64,000 nucleotides of DNA from Candidatus Omnitrophota bacterium. Lineage in GTDB: Bacteria > Omnitrophota > Gorgyraeia > Zapsychrales > JANLHA01. Position numbers and translations under genes: made by a program. Below the pieces are notes generated by a model. The model was not told the origin of the DNA. It searched no databases and saw only the letters and a program-made list of their open reading frames with translations. Numbering within the stretch: position 1 is the first letter of the stretch; each line of letters begins with the position of its first letter. The stretch lies in the NCBI GenBank assembly GCA_963662715.1, contig OY759724.1, positions 1,882,662 through 1,946,661 on the forward strand. Direction: 5' to 3'. This document shows positions 9,777 through 22,210 of the stretch, piece after piece.

Positions 9777-11792
9777 ATGGAAAAATTCATACTTAAAAGC
9801 CCGTTTCGTCCTGTCACCGAACAAAGCGGCGCTATCGATAAACTGGTCGCGCAGGTTGCGCAGGGGCAAAAAGCGCAGGTTTTGTTGGGGGTGACAGGAA
9901 GCGGCAAGACGTTCACTCTCGCCAACATGATCGAACGGCTTAACCGGCCGGTTCTGGTGATTTCCCATAATAAGACCCTGGCGGCTCAGCTTTACAGTGA
10001 GTTTAAAGGTTTTTTCCCGGACAATGCGGTTGAATATTTTGTCAGTTATTATGATTACTATCAGCCGGAAGCGTATATCCCGCAAACCGACCTCTACATT
10101 GAAAAGGATGCTTCCATTAATGACCGGCTGGACCGTCTGCGCCTGGCCGCGACAACCTCTCTTATGACGCGCCGCGACGTATTGATCGTGGCCAGCGTTT
10201 CCTGCATTTACAATCTCGGTTCTCCGGAGGATTATCGGGAGCGGCTGCTTTTTATCGAGAGCGGCCAGACGATGGACCGGGACGAGTTCATTAAACAACT
10301 CGTTGATATCCAATATGAACGCAATGATTATGATTTCTCCCGGGGAAAGATCAGGGCGCGCGGGGATGTCGTTGAAGTTTTTCCCGCCTACCGGCAGGAC
10401 GCCTTAAGGATAGAATTTTTTGGCGATGACATTGAAAAAATTTACCAGATGGATCCGCTGACCGGGGAGGTCAAGACCGTTCTTAAGAAGGTTGCCATTT
10501 ATCCGGCCAAACATTTCATCGTGTCTTCTCCCCGGATTGAAGCGGCCTTGCAAGAGATTGAAAGCGAGCTTGAAGAGCGGGTCGCCTTTTTTAAACAGCA
10601 GGGGAAGCTGCTGGAAGCGCAGCGCTTGAATGCCCGGACACGTTTTGATATGGAGATGCTGAGGGAGATGGGCTATTGTCACGGGATTGAAAACTATTCC
10701 CGGGCCCTGTCCGGCCGGCCGCCGGGCAGCAGGCCGTATTGTTTGCTGGACTATTTCCCGGAGGACTTTCTTGTTTTGATTGATGAATCTCATGTGACGG
10801 TCCCGCAGCTCAACGGGATGTATGAGGGCGACCGGGCCAGAAAAAAAACACTGGCCGAGTACGGGTTCCGGCTGCCTTCGTGTCTGGATAACCGTCCGTT
10901 GCGCTTTGAAGAATTCCTGCAGATTATCCGGCAGCGTGTCTATGTGACGGCCACTCCCGGCCCTTTTGAGTTCAAAGACAGCGGCGGGCAAACCGTTGAG
11001 CAGATCATCCGGCCGACGGGAATTATGGACCCGCCGATCATCGTGAAGCCGACAGCCGGTCAGGTGGACGATCTGGTCGCGGAGACGCAGAAGCGGGCCC
11101 GGCGCAATGAAAGGGTTCTGGTTACGACTTTGACCAAGAGGATGTCCGAGGATTTAGCGGAATATTTACAAGAGCAGGGCATCAAGGTAAAATATTTGCA
11201 TTCGGATATTCACACCATTGACCGGGCGAAAATCCTGCAGGATCTGCGGATAAAAAAATTTGACTGTTTGGTCGGCGTCAATCTGCTCAGAGAGGGGCTG
11301 GACCTCCCGGAAGTGTCCCTTGTGGCTATTTTTGATGCCGATAAACAGGGGTTTTTACGGTCCAAGACGTCCCTGATACAGGTGTCCGGCCGGGCGGCCA
11401 GGAATATTCATGGGCAGGTCATTATGTATGCGGACACGATAAGCGCGGCCATGCGGGAGGCTATCCATGAATGCGAACGGCGCCGGGAAATTCAGGAGGA
11501 GTTTAACCGTAAACACAACATTACTCCGCGAACCATTGAGAAAGCCGTGACGCAGGGTATTGCCGATCTGGCCTATGAAGAGGCCGAAAAATTTGTCTGG
11601 GAGACGGCCGGGCAGGATGAGGCTGAATTCAATATCGCCAGCACCATAGCCGAGTTGGAACGGCAGATGGAACTGGCGGCCCGCAATTTACAATTCGAAA
11701 AAGCCGCGTTTCTTCGTGACCGGATTAAAGAACTGCAGGAAGGCGTAATCCCGGAACCGGAGCCCGGCCGGAAGAAAAAACACAGGCCCTGA
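9777..11792 (+). CDS. uvrB: excinuclease ABC subunit B
   Basis: Walker [10 protein letters not shown], helicase motifs, C-terminal UVR domain; start chosen at [10 protein letters not shown] typical of the UvrB N-terminus. Confidence 0.9.
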   Translation: MEKFILKSPFRPVTEQSGAIDKLVAQVAQGQKAQVLLGVTGSGKTFTLANMIERLNRPVLVISHNKTLAAQLYSEFKGFFPDNAVEYFVSYYDYYQPEAYIPQTDLYIEKDASINDRLDRLRLAATTSLMTRRDVLIVASVSCIYNLGSPEDYRERLLFIESGQTMDRDEFIKQLVDIQYERNDYDFSRGKIRARGDVVEVFPAYRQDALRIEFFGDDIEKIYQMDPLTGEVKTVLKKVAIYPAKHFIVSSPRIEAALQEIESELEERVAFFKQQGKLLEAQRLNARTRFDMEMLREMGYCHGIENYSRALSGRPPGSRPYCLLDYFPEDFLVLIDESHVTVPQLNGMYEGDRARKKTLAEYGFRLPSCLDNRPLRFEEFLQIIRQRVYVTATPGPFEFKDSGGQTVEQIIRPTGIMDPPIIVKPTAGQVDDLVAETQKRARRNERVLVTTLTKRMSEDLAEYLQEQGIKVKYLHSDIHTIDRAKILQDLRIKKFDCLVGVNLLREGLDLPEVSLVAIFDADKQGFLRSKTSLIQVSGRAARNIHGQVIMYADTISAAMREAIHECERRREIQEEFNRKHNITPRTIEKAVTQGIADLAYEEAEKFVWETAGQDEAEFNIASTIAELERQMELAARNLQFEKAAFLRDRIKELQEGVIPEPEPGRKKKHRP

Positions 11793-11843
11793 GGGCTTGC
11801 CCCCGGAGCGGGATGCTCCGGGGTATATAAGGAGTTGCAGAAC

Positions 11844-12671
11844 ATGACGGGGAAAAGCCATTTTAAGGGAAAAAATTATTATCTTATTGCTGTTGATATC
11901 GGCAATACGAGTATTCATCTGGCTGTTTTAAGAGGCGCCCGCCTTATCGCCGCAGAGGTGATTTCTTCCGGGCTGAAGCATAATGACATCAAGAAACGCA
12001 TCTTGTCCATTTACCGGGTCTGGCTGAAACGATATCCCCAAATAAACGGGATTATGATTTGCAGTGTGGTTCCGGCTTTGACGCGGAAAGTCAAAACATT
12101 TTCGCAAACGGGCTGTTCGAAGACAATCCCGGTTGTCGTCATCGGAAAAGACATTGTCCCGCCGATTAAGAACCGGTACGCCATTCCTGCTCAGGTCGGT
12201 CAGGACCGTCTCGTGGTCGCTTTTGCGGCCAAATGGATTTATCAGCCTCCGTTGGTTGTCATTGATCTGGGGACCGCAACGACATTCGATGTTGTTTCGA
12301 AGAACGGGGATTACCTGGGAGGGCTTATCGTGCCGGGCATTGAACTGTCCGTCAAGGCGCTTGCCCGGAATACCGCGTTATTGCCGCAGGTCAACATCCG
12401 CAAACCGAAAAAACTGATTGCGAATAATACAGAAGAAAGTATCCTGGGGGGATTATATTACGGCCATGCCGAAATGATTAAGGGCATCACCCGGCAGCTT
12501 AAGCGCCGGATTTCTCCGCGGACAAAAGTGATCCTTACGGGGGGGTATGTCGGTTTGTTTAAGCCGTGTCTTAGGCAGAATGTCGATTATGTGGATCACA
12601 ATCTTATTTTTAAGGGAATGAGCTTGTTGTGGAAGCTGATTTGCACCGCGGGGTTTCTTAAAGATAGGTGA
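11844..12671 (+). CDS. coaX: type III pantothenate kinase
   Basis: LIAVDIGNTSIHLAV N-terminal motif, ASKHA fold pattern; RBS taaggag. Confidence 0.85.
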   Translation: MTGKSHFKGKNYYLIAVDIGNTSIHLAVLRGARLIAAEVISSGLKHNDIKKRILSIYRVWLKRYPQINGIMICSVVPALTRKVKTFSQTGCSKTIPVVVIGKDIVPPIKNRYAIPAQVGQDRLVVAFAAKWIYQPPLVVIDLGTATTFDVVSKNGDYLGGLIVPGIELSVKALARNTALLPQVNIRKPKKLIANNTEESILGGLYYGHAEMIKGITRQLKRRISPRTKVILTGGYVGLFKPCLRQNVDYVDHNLIFKGMSLLWKLICTAGFLKDR

Positions 12672-12754
12672 TTCTTTTCTTCAGTCCCTTCCCAGGGAGG
12701 TTATCCGCTCCCTGTTTTTCTCGTCGATAAAATAATCTTTTTGAAAATAATGCT

Positions 12755-12780
12755 TGACAATAAAGGGGAATTTTTATAAA
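12755..12780 (+). promoter_or_regulatory. sigma70-like promoter of groESL (TTGACA ... TATAAA)
   Basis: TTGACA at 12755-12760, TATAAA at 12775-12780, immediately upstream of CIRCE. Confidence 0.5.
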
Positions 12781-12807
12781 TTAGCACTCTGCTAAATAAA
12801 GTGCTAA
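12781..12807 (+). promoter_or_regulatory. CIRCE (HrcA operator) inverted repeat
   Basis: TTAGCACTC-N9-AAGTGCTAA, one mismatch from consensus TTAGCACTC-N9-GAGTGCTAA; 57 nt upstream of groES. Confidence 0.8.
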
Positions 12808-12863
12808 ACAGGAAACAGGCATTAACCGAAACCCATTTAATAATATTTTAAGGAGGTGCTGAG

Positions 12864-13160
12864 GTGAATATCCAACCATTAGCCGACCGAATTATCGTCA
12901 AACCATTAGCGGCAGAGGAAAAGACTAAGGGCGGGATCGTGCTGCCTGACACGGCAAAAGAAAAGCCTCAAGAAGGAGAAGTTGTGGCTGTCGGAAAAGG
13001 CAAAGTCCTGGATAACGGGAACGTTCAAGCTTTGGAAGTTAAAGTGGGAGATCATGTCCTTTACGGAAAGTACAGCGGAACAGAGATTACGACCCGGGAG
13101 GGGGAAGAAGTTTTTATCATGCGGGAGGACGACGTATTAGCTATTATTAAAAAGAAGTAA
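12864..13160 (+). CDS. groES: co-chaperonin GroES
   Basis: [14 protein letters not shown]...[22 protein letters not shown]; GTG start with aaggagg RBS. Confidence 0.9.
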   Translation: MNIQPLADRIIVKPLAAEEKTKGGIVLPDTAKEKPQEGEVVAVGKGKVLDNGNVQALEVKVGDHVLYGKYSGTEITTREGEEVFIMREDDVLAIIKKK

Positions 13161-13245
13161 TCCTCACAGGGTGGCATCACGGAACAGTATCCGGGTGTCC
13201 GGATTCCCTGCATGCTTTTGGAAATAATTGGTGTATAAATGCTGA

Positions 13246-14910
<1,665 letters not shown>

Positions 14911-14939
14911 TATCCGTTTCCCAAGAAAAACTGAAAAAA

Positions 14940-14968
14940 GGCAAGGACATGTCCTTGCCTTTTTTTCT
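14940..14968 (+). terminator. rho-independent terminator after groEL
   Basis: GGCAAGGACATGTCCTTGCC hairpin followed by TTTTTTTC. Confidence 0.75.
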
Positions 14969-15082
14969 TCCTTTTCACATTATTATTGACATTATTCCCT
15001 AATTCCATTATATTAATGCAATTAATGAAAATGGGGTTTTTAATTTCTATTAAATCAATAATAATTAGGAGGTTTAAGGTAT

Positions 15083-16243
15083 ATGGCAGAATGGATTGGC
15101 ATAGGTCGAAGGGCAAGAAGGTGTTATGGATTTGATGAAATAGCCCTGGTGCCCGGAATGGTTACCGTTAACCCCAATGAAGTTGATACGACTTTTAAAT
15201 TGGGAGGCATGAAATTCAATGTTCCTATCTTAGCCGCAGCCATGGATGGTGTTGTGAACGTGAAGTTTGCGATTGCCATGGGAAAATTGGGTGGTATTGC
15301 CGTTCTAAATCTGGATGGCGTGCAGACCCGTTATGATAACCCTGAGGAGGTTCTGACCGAAATAGCAAATGCCACGCCGGAAGATGCGACAAAACTGGTG
15401 CAAAGCATTTATCTTAAACCTGTTAAGGAAAAATTGATCGCAACCCGGGTTGAGGAGATCAAGAAGGCCAATGTCCCGGCTGTTGTCAGCTGTATCCCTC
15501 AAAACGCCAAGAAATATGGCCAGATTGCCAAAGAAGCCGGCTGTGATATTTTTACCGTACAATCAACGGTCGCAACAGTTAAGCATATTTCAACAGAATA
15601 CAAAGTCCTTGATTTGGAGAAGTTTTGTGCATCCATGAAAATCCCGGTTGTTATCGGCAACTGCGTAACTTATGCTATGGCTCTCGAATTGATGGAGATC
15701 GGGGCTTCTGGCATTTTAGTCGGGGTCGGCCCCGGGGCGGCGTGCACAACACGCGGTGTTCTGGGTATCGGCGTCCCGCAGATAAGCGCTACGGTTGATT
15801 CCGCTGCTGCAAGAGATTTTTATTACAAGAGAAAAGGAAAATATGTTCCGATTATTACTGACGGCGGCATGAGGATCGGGGGGGAAATCTGCAAGGCCTT
15901 TGCCGCGGGTGCGGATGCCACGATGGTGGGCTCCGCTTTTTCCAAGGCGGAAGAAGCTCCGGGGCAAGGCTGTCATTGGGGTATGGCAACATCACATGCG
16001 AACTTGCCGAGAGGAACGAGGATTCGTGTCGGCACAACCGGGACATTGGAAGATATCCTGTTCGGCCCGGCCAAAGTTGATGACGGTTCCCAGAATTTGG
16101 TCGGAGCTTTAAAGACATCCATGGGGTCTTTGGGCGCCCGAAATATAAAAGAAATGCATGATGTTGAGATTATTATTGCCCCCTCGATTCAGACCGAAGG
16201 GAAGGTGTTCCAGGTCGGGCAGCGGGTTGGGATGGGGAAATAA
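15083..16243 (+). CDS. IMP dehydrogenase/GMP reductase family protein (CBS-less GuaB-related)
   Basis: TIM-barrel IMPDH family motifs (GGIAVLNL, catalytic loop GPGAACTTRGV); adjacent to guaA. Confidence 0.7.
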   Translation: MAEWIGIGRRARRCYGFDEIALVPGMVTVNPNEVDTTFKLGGMKFNVPILAAAMDGVVNVKFAIAMGKLGGIAVLNLDGVQTRYDNPEEVLTEIANATPEDATKLVQSIYLKPVKEKLIATRVEEIKKANVPAVVSCIPQNAKKYGQIAKEAGCDIFTVQSTVATVKHISTEYKVLDLEKFCASMKIPVVIGNCVTYAMALELMEIGASGILVGVGPGAACTTRGVLGIGVPQISATVDSAAARDFYYKRKGKYVPIITDGGMRIGGEICKAFAAGADATMVGSAFSKAEEAPGQGCHWGMATSHANLPRGTRIRVGTTGTLEDILFGPAKVDDGSQNLVGALKTSMGSLGARNIKEMHDVEIIIAPSIQTEGKVFQVGQRVGMGK

Positions 16244-16398
16244 CGTTTTCTTATATTTCAGATACAAGATAGTCGGCAGCAAAAGAATTGATGGCCGCGT
16301 TGCGGCCTGTCCGAACGGGTGTTTTTCGGGAGAGAGACCCATATAATTTGAGGAAGGGGTCTTTTTAGTTTCAAAGTCAGTTAAACAAGGTGGTAAAA

Positions 16399-18123
16399 AT
16401 GAGAAAAGCAACAAAAAAATCCCAGGCAAAAAAAATACCTAAGAAAAAACAGACGGCCGCTTCTTCCCGCTCAAGATTGGAAACCAAAGTTTTCAAAAGG
16501 AAGGTGGTTAAGAAGAAAAAGCCTTTAAGGATAAGATTGCCCAAAGGTAAGAGTAAATTTACCGTGAAAATTACCAAGCCGCGCCATAAAGATCTTATCC
16601 TTGTTCTGGATTTTGGATCACAATACACTCAACTCATAGCCCGCCGGATTCGCGAAAACAAGGTCTTCAGCAAAATCGTCCCGTTCAATATTAATCCGGA
16701 AAAGATCCGCAAACTTAATCCTAAAGGACTTATTCTTTCCGGAGGACCGCTGAGTGTTTATGATAAGAATGCCCCTCTTCCTGACCCGGAAATATTTAAG
16801 ATGGGGCTGCCGATTTTAGGTGTCTGCTACGGCTTGCAGGCGATCGCGCATATGTTTGGAGGGAAGGTCCAGAAGAGCAAGGAACGGGAGTTCGGCCAGG
16901 CGGAACTTTTTGTCGACAGCAATAAAGACCTTTTTGCCAATATGCCGACAAATTTGACCTGTTGGATGAGCCATTCCGATATGCTGACGAAACTGCCGGC
17001 GGGATTTGTTTCTATCGCGCACACATTGAATGCTCCCATGGCGGCTATGGCTAACAGGAATAAAAGGATTTTCGGGGTCCAATTCCACCCGGAGGTCGTT
17101 CACTCGCAAAGAGGCACCCAGGTGCTTATCAATTTTGTTTATCAGATTTGCGGCTGTTTGCCGCGCTGGACTATGGACAAATTCATCAACTCTTCCATGA
17201 AGCAGGTGCAGGAGACGGTCGGCAAAAAGAAAGTCGTCCTGGGGTTAAGCGGCGGGGTAGACTCTTCGGTGACGGCGATGTTAATGCAGAAGGCCATCGG
17301 GAAACAGCTGACCTGTATTTTTGTCGATAACGGTCTTTTACGGAAGAATGAAGTGTCGTCCGTGCAAAAAACGTTTAAAGGTAATTTTAAAATGAACCTT
17401 GTCATCGTCGATGCGGCCAAGCGGTTCATGACCAGGCTGAAAGGCGTTGAAGACCCGGAATTGAAACGGAAAATCATAGGCGAGGAATTCATTAAAGTTT
17501 TTCAGGAAACGGCCAGGAAAATTAAGAAAGTGGAGTTCCTGGCCCAGGGGACTTTGTATCCCGATGTCATCGAGTCGATGTCTCCGCTCGGAGGGCCTTC
17601 AGCCGTCATTAAAAGCCATCATAACGTCGGCGGCCTTCCGAAGAGTTTGAAATTTGAACTCATCGAACCTTTGCGGGAATTGTTCAAAGATGAGGTCCGG
17701 GTGATCGGTAAGCACCTGGGGCTCCCGGACTCTCTTATTCACCGGCAACCCTTTCCCGGTCCGGGTTTGGCTGTGCGCATTATCGGCGAAGTCACCGAGG
17801 AGCGTGCCGCCATCTTGCGGGAGGCGGATGAGCGTGTTCTGGAAGAAATCAAAAAGGCCGGCTTGTACCAGGAAATCTGGCAATCTTTTGCCGTCCTTTT
17901 GCCGATAAAAACCGTTGGCGTTATGGGGGACCAGCGGACCTATGAAAATGTGATTGCGATCCGCTGTGTGTCCAGTGTGGACGGGATGACGGCGGATTGG
18001 GTCAAGCTTCCCTACGAACTTTTAGGCAAAATCGCCAACCGGATCATCAACGAAGTGTCCGGCGTCAACCGGGTTGTCTACGATGTCAGTTCTAAGCCGC
18101 CATCGACAATAGAATGGGAATAA
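16399..18123 (+). CDS. guaA: GMP synthase (glutamine-hydrolysing) with about 70-aa Lys-rich N-terminal extension
   Basis: GATase ([20 protein letters not shown]) plus ATP-PPase (SGGVDSSV) plus dimerisation domain; aaggtgg RBS 7 nt before ATG 16399. Confidence 0.9.
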   Translation: MRKATKKSQAKKIPKKKQTAASSRSRLETKVFKRKVVKKKKPLRIRLPKGKSKFTVKITKPRHKDLILVLDFGSQYTQLIARRIRENKVFSKIVPFNINPEKIRKLNPKGLILSGGPLSVYDKNAPLPDPEIFKMGLPILGVCYGLQAIAHMFGGKVQKSKEREFGQAELFVDSNKDLFANMPTNLTCWMSHSDMLTKLPAGFVSIAHTLNAPMAAMANRNKRIFGVQFHPEVVHSQRGTQVLINFVYQICGCLPRWTMDKFINSSMKQVQETVGKKKVVLGLSGGVDSSVTAMLMQKAIGKQLTCIFVDNGLLRKNEVSSVQKTFKGNFKMNLVIVDAAKRFMTRLKGVEDPELKRKIIGEEFIKVFQETARKIKKVEFLAQGTLYPDVIESMSPLGGPSAVIKSHHNVGGLPKSLKFELIEPLRELFKDEVRVIGKHLGLPDSLIHRQPFPGPGLAVRIIGEVTEERAAILREADERVLEEIKKAGLYQEIWQSFAVLLPIKTVGVMGDQRTYENVIAIRCVSSVDGMTADWVKLPYELLGKIANRIINEVSGVNRVVYDVSSKPPSTIEWE

Positions 18124-18267
18124 ATTTCATCTTCTGCCCGTTATCTTTCCTGCCGACGACTGCTTAGCCCCGTTTCATTTTATCCGTTGAGAAATAATGT
18201 GATATAATAAACGCCGGTGCTCAGGCACAGTGTTTAGAGTTTTAACGGCGTCATGGGTTAATATCTT

Positions 18268-21200
18268 ATGAAGTACCACGCAGATTTTGTCCATCTTCAT
18301 GTTCATACGCAATACAGCCTTCTTGACGGCGCCTGCCGTGTCAAAGAGCTCGTCAAGAAAGCCGCCGAATACAAACTGCCCGCCTTGGCCATGACCGACC
18401 ACGGGAATTTATTCGGGACGGTCGACTTTTATCAGACAGCTGTCAAGCACGGGGTCAAACCGATTATCGGCTGTGAAACATATATTGCCCCGAACAGCCG
18501 TTTCGATAAAGGGCCCCAGCAGGCCAGCCCTTCGCACATTGTCCTTTTAGCCAAAGATGAAAACGGTTACCGGAACCTCATGAAGCTTGTGTCCTCCGGG
18601 TACCTGGAAGGTTTTTATTACCGGCCGCGTATCGACAAAGACATCCTTTCCGAATACCGTGAGGGGCTTATCGGGACATCCGCCTGCCTGAAAGGCGAAG
18701 TGGCGCAGAAACTTCTTAAGGAGGATTACCAGGCCGCTTTGAAAACCGCCGATGAATACCGGCAGATTCTCGGCCCGGAGAATTTTTACCTGGAATTAAT
18801 GCAGCACGGAATTCCCGAACAGAAGACCGTTAATGAAGGCTTGATGAAAGTCTCCCTCGACTTGGGTATCCCCTGTATCGTTACGAATGACGTGCATTAT
18901 CTGGAGCAGTCGCAGGCCAAGGCCCATGAGGCTTTGTTGTGTATCCAGACCCAGTCTTTTTTGAACGACCCCAATCATATGCGGATGAAATCCGACCAGT
19001 TTTATTTTAAAGATCCCGAACAGATGAAAAGGGAATTCAGCTGGGCCCCGGACGCCCTTACCCGGACGCTGGAAGTGGCCGATAAATGCAACCTGCAGCT
19101 GCGTTTCGATCAGTACCATCTGCCCCATTATGATATCCCCGGAGGGGCCACAAAAGAGGATTTCCTGAAGGACCTCTGCCTGGAAGGGATTAAGAAGAGG
19201 TTCGGCGCGATCAATCCTCAGATCCAGGAACGGCTGGATCATGAGTTGGCCATTATCAGGAAGATGGGGTTCATTTCTTATTTCTTAATTGTGTGGGATT
19301 TTATTCATTATGCCAAGCAGCGCGGCATCCCCGTCGGGCCAGGCCGGGGGTCGGCCGCGGGAAGCCTGGTGAGCTATTTGATCGGGATAACGGACCTGGA
19401 CCCCCTGAAATACGGATTGCTTTTTGAACGGTTCCTCAACCCCGAACGTTCCGGGATGCCGGATATCGACATAGATTTCTGTTTTGAACGGCGGCCGGAG
19501 GTTATTGAATATGTCACGAATAAATACGGGAAAGATAATGTCGCCCAGATTATCACGTTTGGAACGATGCAGGCCAGAGCCGCGATCCGTGACGTGGGGC
19601 GGGTGATGAGCGTGCCTTATGCTGACGTGGATAAACTGGCGAAAATGATCCCCTCGGAACCCGGGATTACGATTGATCATGCCCTGCAGATCGAACCGCA
19701 GCTCAAGAAAGCCGTGCAGGAGGATCAAACCGCCGCCGAAGTCCTGGAAACGGCCCAGGTCCTGGAGGGCCTGAACCGGCACGCGTCCATTCATGCTGCG
19801 GGCGTTGTGATCGGCGACCGGCCGTTGACGGAATATGTGCCGCTGTTTAAGACTGCGGACGGACAGGTGACGACGGGATTTTCGATGAACGGGATTGCGA
19901 AGATCGGCCTGCTGAAAATGGATTTCCTGGGGCTGCGCACGTTAACCGTGATTGATAAGGCGGTAAAACTCGTGCAGGAGCGCCACAACATCGATCTTGA
20001 TATCAGCCGGATCCCGTTGAACGACAAAAAGACGTTTCGTCTTTTGGGGGATGCGAACAGTTTCGGGATCTTCCAGCTGGAAAGTGCCGGGATGCGGGAA
20101 CTTTTGAAAAAGATCCGGCCGAACCAGTTTGAAGATCTGATCTCCATCCTGGCCCTGTACCGTCCGGGCCCCATGGGCAGCGGGATGTTGGATGATTTTA
20201 TCAAAAGGAAAAGAGGCGAGATCCAGGTCAAGTACCCTCACCGCAAGCTGGAATCCATATTGAAAGAGACGTTCGGAATCATCATTTTTCAGGAACAGGT
20301 TATGCAGATGGCGAGTATCCTGGCGGGATTCAGCATGACGCAGGCCGATCATCTCCGAAGGGCTATGAGTAAAAAGATCCCGGAGGTTATGGAGGAGATT
20401 CGGAGAAGTTTTGTCGAGGGATGCCAGAAGACCTCTTCCATCAAAGAGGGGGAGGGAAATAAACTTTTCGATTTGATCGATTATTTTTCCGGCTACGGTT
20501 TTAACCGCAGTCATTCGGCGGCGTATGCCTTGATTTCCTATCAGACGGCGTATTTGAAGGCCAATTATCCCGTAGAATTCATGTGCGCTCTGCTGACCTG
20601 CGAGAAGGATAATACGGATAAAATTGTTGAATACGTGAAGGAATCAGAACAAATGGGCATCACGGTTCTGCCTCCGGATGTGAATGAAAGCGTCACGGAA
20701 TTTAATGTCGTGGACGACCATACGATTCGTTTCGGCCTTCTGGGCGTTAAAAATGTCGGACAGACGGCGATAGAATCCATCGTTGAGAAACGGAACGCAG
20801 ACGGCCTTTATCAAAGCCTTTATGATATGTGTGAACGAGTGGACCTGCGCCTCGTTAACCGTAAAGTCATAGAGAGTTTGATCAAAAGCGGTTCCTGTGA
20901 CTGTTTTAAAGTGCTCCGTTCTCAGTTGATGGCTGTTGTTGAGCAAGCCCTGGATACGGGGGCTAAAGCGCAAAAGGATAAGGCTTCGGGGCAGTTTTCA
21001 TTTTTCAGCATGGACAATGATGCCGCCGGATTTAAAAACGGGAAAGAGACTCTTCCGGATATCAGGGAATGGCCGCAGAATGAGATTTTGGCTTATGAAA
21101 AAGAGGTCCTGGGGTTTTATATCTCCGGTCATCCTTTAGCGCATTATCACGCGGAAATCCGGGAATTCGCTGATTTTACCACCAAGACATTAAGGCAAGC

Positions 21201-21705
21201 CACAGAAGGGCAGGAAGTCAAAATAATAGGTATTATTAATAGTATTAAATATACTACTACCCGTAAAACCAACGAGCGGATGGCGATCATAAAATTTGAA
21301 GACATGGAAGGGGGGATTGAAATTGTCGTGTTCCCTTCAACTTATCAGTCTGTAGCTCCGACTCTGGTGGAAGGCCAGGTTGTTGTGATTGTCGGCCGGG
21401 TTAATTTCCGTGATGATGTCCCCGGGCTGGTGGCTAATGAAATAAAAAAGATCGATGAGATATATAAAGTTATCAAGGCCATCAAAGTTGATTTGTCCGG
21501 GCTGGATGAAAAGTGTTTGGAAAAACTTAAAGGGAAGCTCTCTCTCTCGCCGGGAAAAACTCCGGTTTATTTGAATTTGAATACTAAATCACGAAAAAGT
21601 GTCCAAATTCTTGTAGGAGAAGATCTTTTTGTAACACCTAATGAAATTTTGATGAATGAAATTAAAGATTTGATCGGGGAAAGCCGGTTAAAAGTCAATG
21701 TTTGA
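18268..21705 (+). CDS. dnaE: DNA polymerase III alpha subunit
   Basis: PHP domain FVHLHVHTQYSLLDG, polymerase core, OB fold; 1145 aa. Confidence 0.95.
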   Translation: MKYHADFVHLHVHTQYSLLDGACRVKELVKKAAEYKLPALAMTDHGNLFGTVDFYQTAVKHGVKPIIGCETYIAPNSRFDKGPQQASPSHIVLLAKDENGYRNLMKLVSSGYLEGFYYRPRIDKDILSEYREGLIGTSACLKGEVAQKLLKEDYQAALKTADEYRQILGPENFYLELMQHGIPEQKTVNEGLMKVSLDLGIPCIVTNDVHYLEQSQAKAHEALLCIQTQSFLNDPNHMRMKSDQFYFKDPEQMKREFSWAPDALTRTLEVADKCNLQLRFDQYHLPHYDIPGGATKEDFLKDLCLEGIKKRFGAINPQIQERLDHELAIIRKMGFISYFLIVWDFIHYAKQRGIPVGPGRGSAAGSLVSYLIGITDLDPLKYGLLFERFLNPERSGMPDIDIDFCFERRPEVIEYVTNKYGKDNVAQIITFGTMQARAAIRDVGRVMSVPYADVDKLAKMIPSEPGITIDHALQIEPQLKKAVQEDQTAAEVLETAQVLEGLNRHASIHAAGVVIGDRPLTEYVPLFKTADGQVTTGFSMNGIAKIGLLKMDFLGLRTLTVIDKAVKLVQERHNIDLDISRIPLNDKKTFRLLGDANSFGIFQLESAGMRELLKKIRPNQFEDLISILALYRPGPMGSGMLDDFIKRKRGEIQVKYPHRKLESILKETFGIIIFQEQVMQMASILAGFSMTQADHLRRAMSKKIPEVMEEIRRSFVEGCQKTSSIKEGEGNKLFDLIDYFSGYGFNRSHSAAYALISYQTAYLKANYPVEFMCALLTCEKDNTDKIVEYVKESEQMGITVLPPDVNESVTEFNVVDDHTIRFGLLGVKNVGQTAIESIVEKRNADGLYQSLYDMCERVDLRLVNRKVIESLIKSGSCDCFKVLRSQLMAVVEQALDTGAKAQKDKASGQFSFFSMDNDAAGFKNGKETLPDIREWPQNEILAYEKEVLGFYISGHPLAHYHAEIREFADFTTKTLRQATEGQEVKIIGIINSIKYTTTRKTNERMAIIKFEDMEGGIEIVVFPSTYQSVAPTLVEGQVVVIVGRVNFRDDVPGLVANEIKKIDEIYKVIKAIKVDLSGLDEKCLEKLKGKLSLSPGKTPVYLNLNTKSRKSVQILVGEDLFVTPNEILMNEIKDLIGESRLKVNV

Positions 21706-21763
21706 AGTGTTTTCCTGGGCTTTTTACCGCAAATCAGAGCTGATGTTCCGTTATAAAATATCC

Positions 21764-21791
21764 TTGACATCCTAACATCCTGTTGATACTA
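21764..21791 (+). promoter_or_regulatory. sigma70-like promoter upstream of hup
   Basis: TTGACA (21764-21769), 16-nt spacer, TACTAT (21786-21791). Confidence 0.5.
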
Positions 21792-21816
21792 TACTTAGGA
21801 TTAGGAGGTGAATTAA

Positions 21817-22089
21817 ATGACAAAAAAGGATATCGTTTTAAAAATAACCGATATGACCGGCATCAAGCAGGTGGATGTCAAAACGATCGTCCAAAAGACT
21901 TTTGACGTCATCGTTGAGAGCTTGGTTCGTAATGAGAAAGTCGAATTACGCAACTTCGGAGTTTTCAAGGTGAAAGAACGAAAAGCCAGATTCGGACGAA
22001 ATCCCAGAACAGGTGAAAGTGTTCCTGTTCCACCGCGAAAAGTTGTTGTGTTTAAGCCTGGTTTGGAGATGAAGCAAAGGATAAAATAA
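21817..22089 (+). CDS. hup: HU/IHF family DNA-binding protein
   Basis: 90 aa; RNFGVFKVKERKARFGRNPRTGE arm motif. Confidence 0.85.
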   Translation: MTKKDIVLKITDMTGIKQVDVKTIVQKTFDVIVESLVRNEKVELRNFGVFKVKERKARFGRNPRTGESVPVPPRKVVVFKPGLEMKQRIK

Positions 22090-22164
22090 TTTCCTTTTGC
22101 AGATTTTGTCATGGTTGCTTATATTTATAAGCACCACTTTAGATAATTTATATTTATGTCTAAA

Positions 22165-22196
22165 GGGCGGAGGATGATATATCCTCCGCCTTTAAG
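22165..22196 (+). terminator. hairpin terminator after hup
   Basis: GGGCGGAGGAT ... ATCCTCCGCC then TTTAAG (weak T tract). Confidence 0.4.
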
Positions 22197-22210
22197 ATTA
22201 ATAGTCCCTT

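Noticed and set aside
9203-9928. 241-aa minus-strand ORF across the lipoprotein and uvrB start
   Set aside because: Overlaps two supported + strand genes; no motifs.
9768-10991. Two minus-strand ORFs (181 and 195 aa) inside uvrB
   Set aside because: Antisense to a highly conserved gene.
18796-20514. Several 146-190-aa minus-strand ORFs inside dnaE
   Set aside because: Antisense shadow ORFs in a high-GC essential gene.
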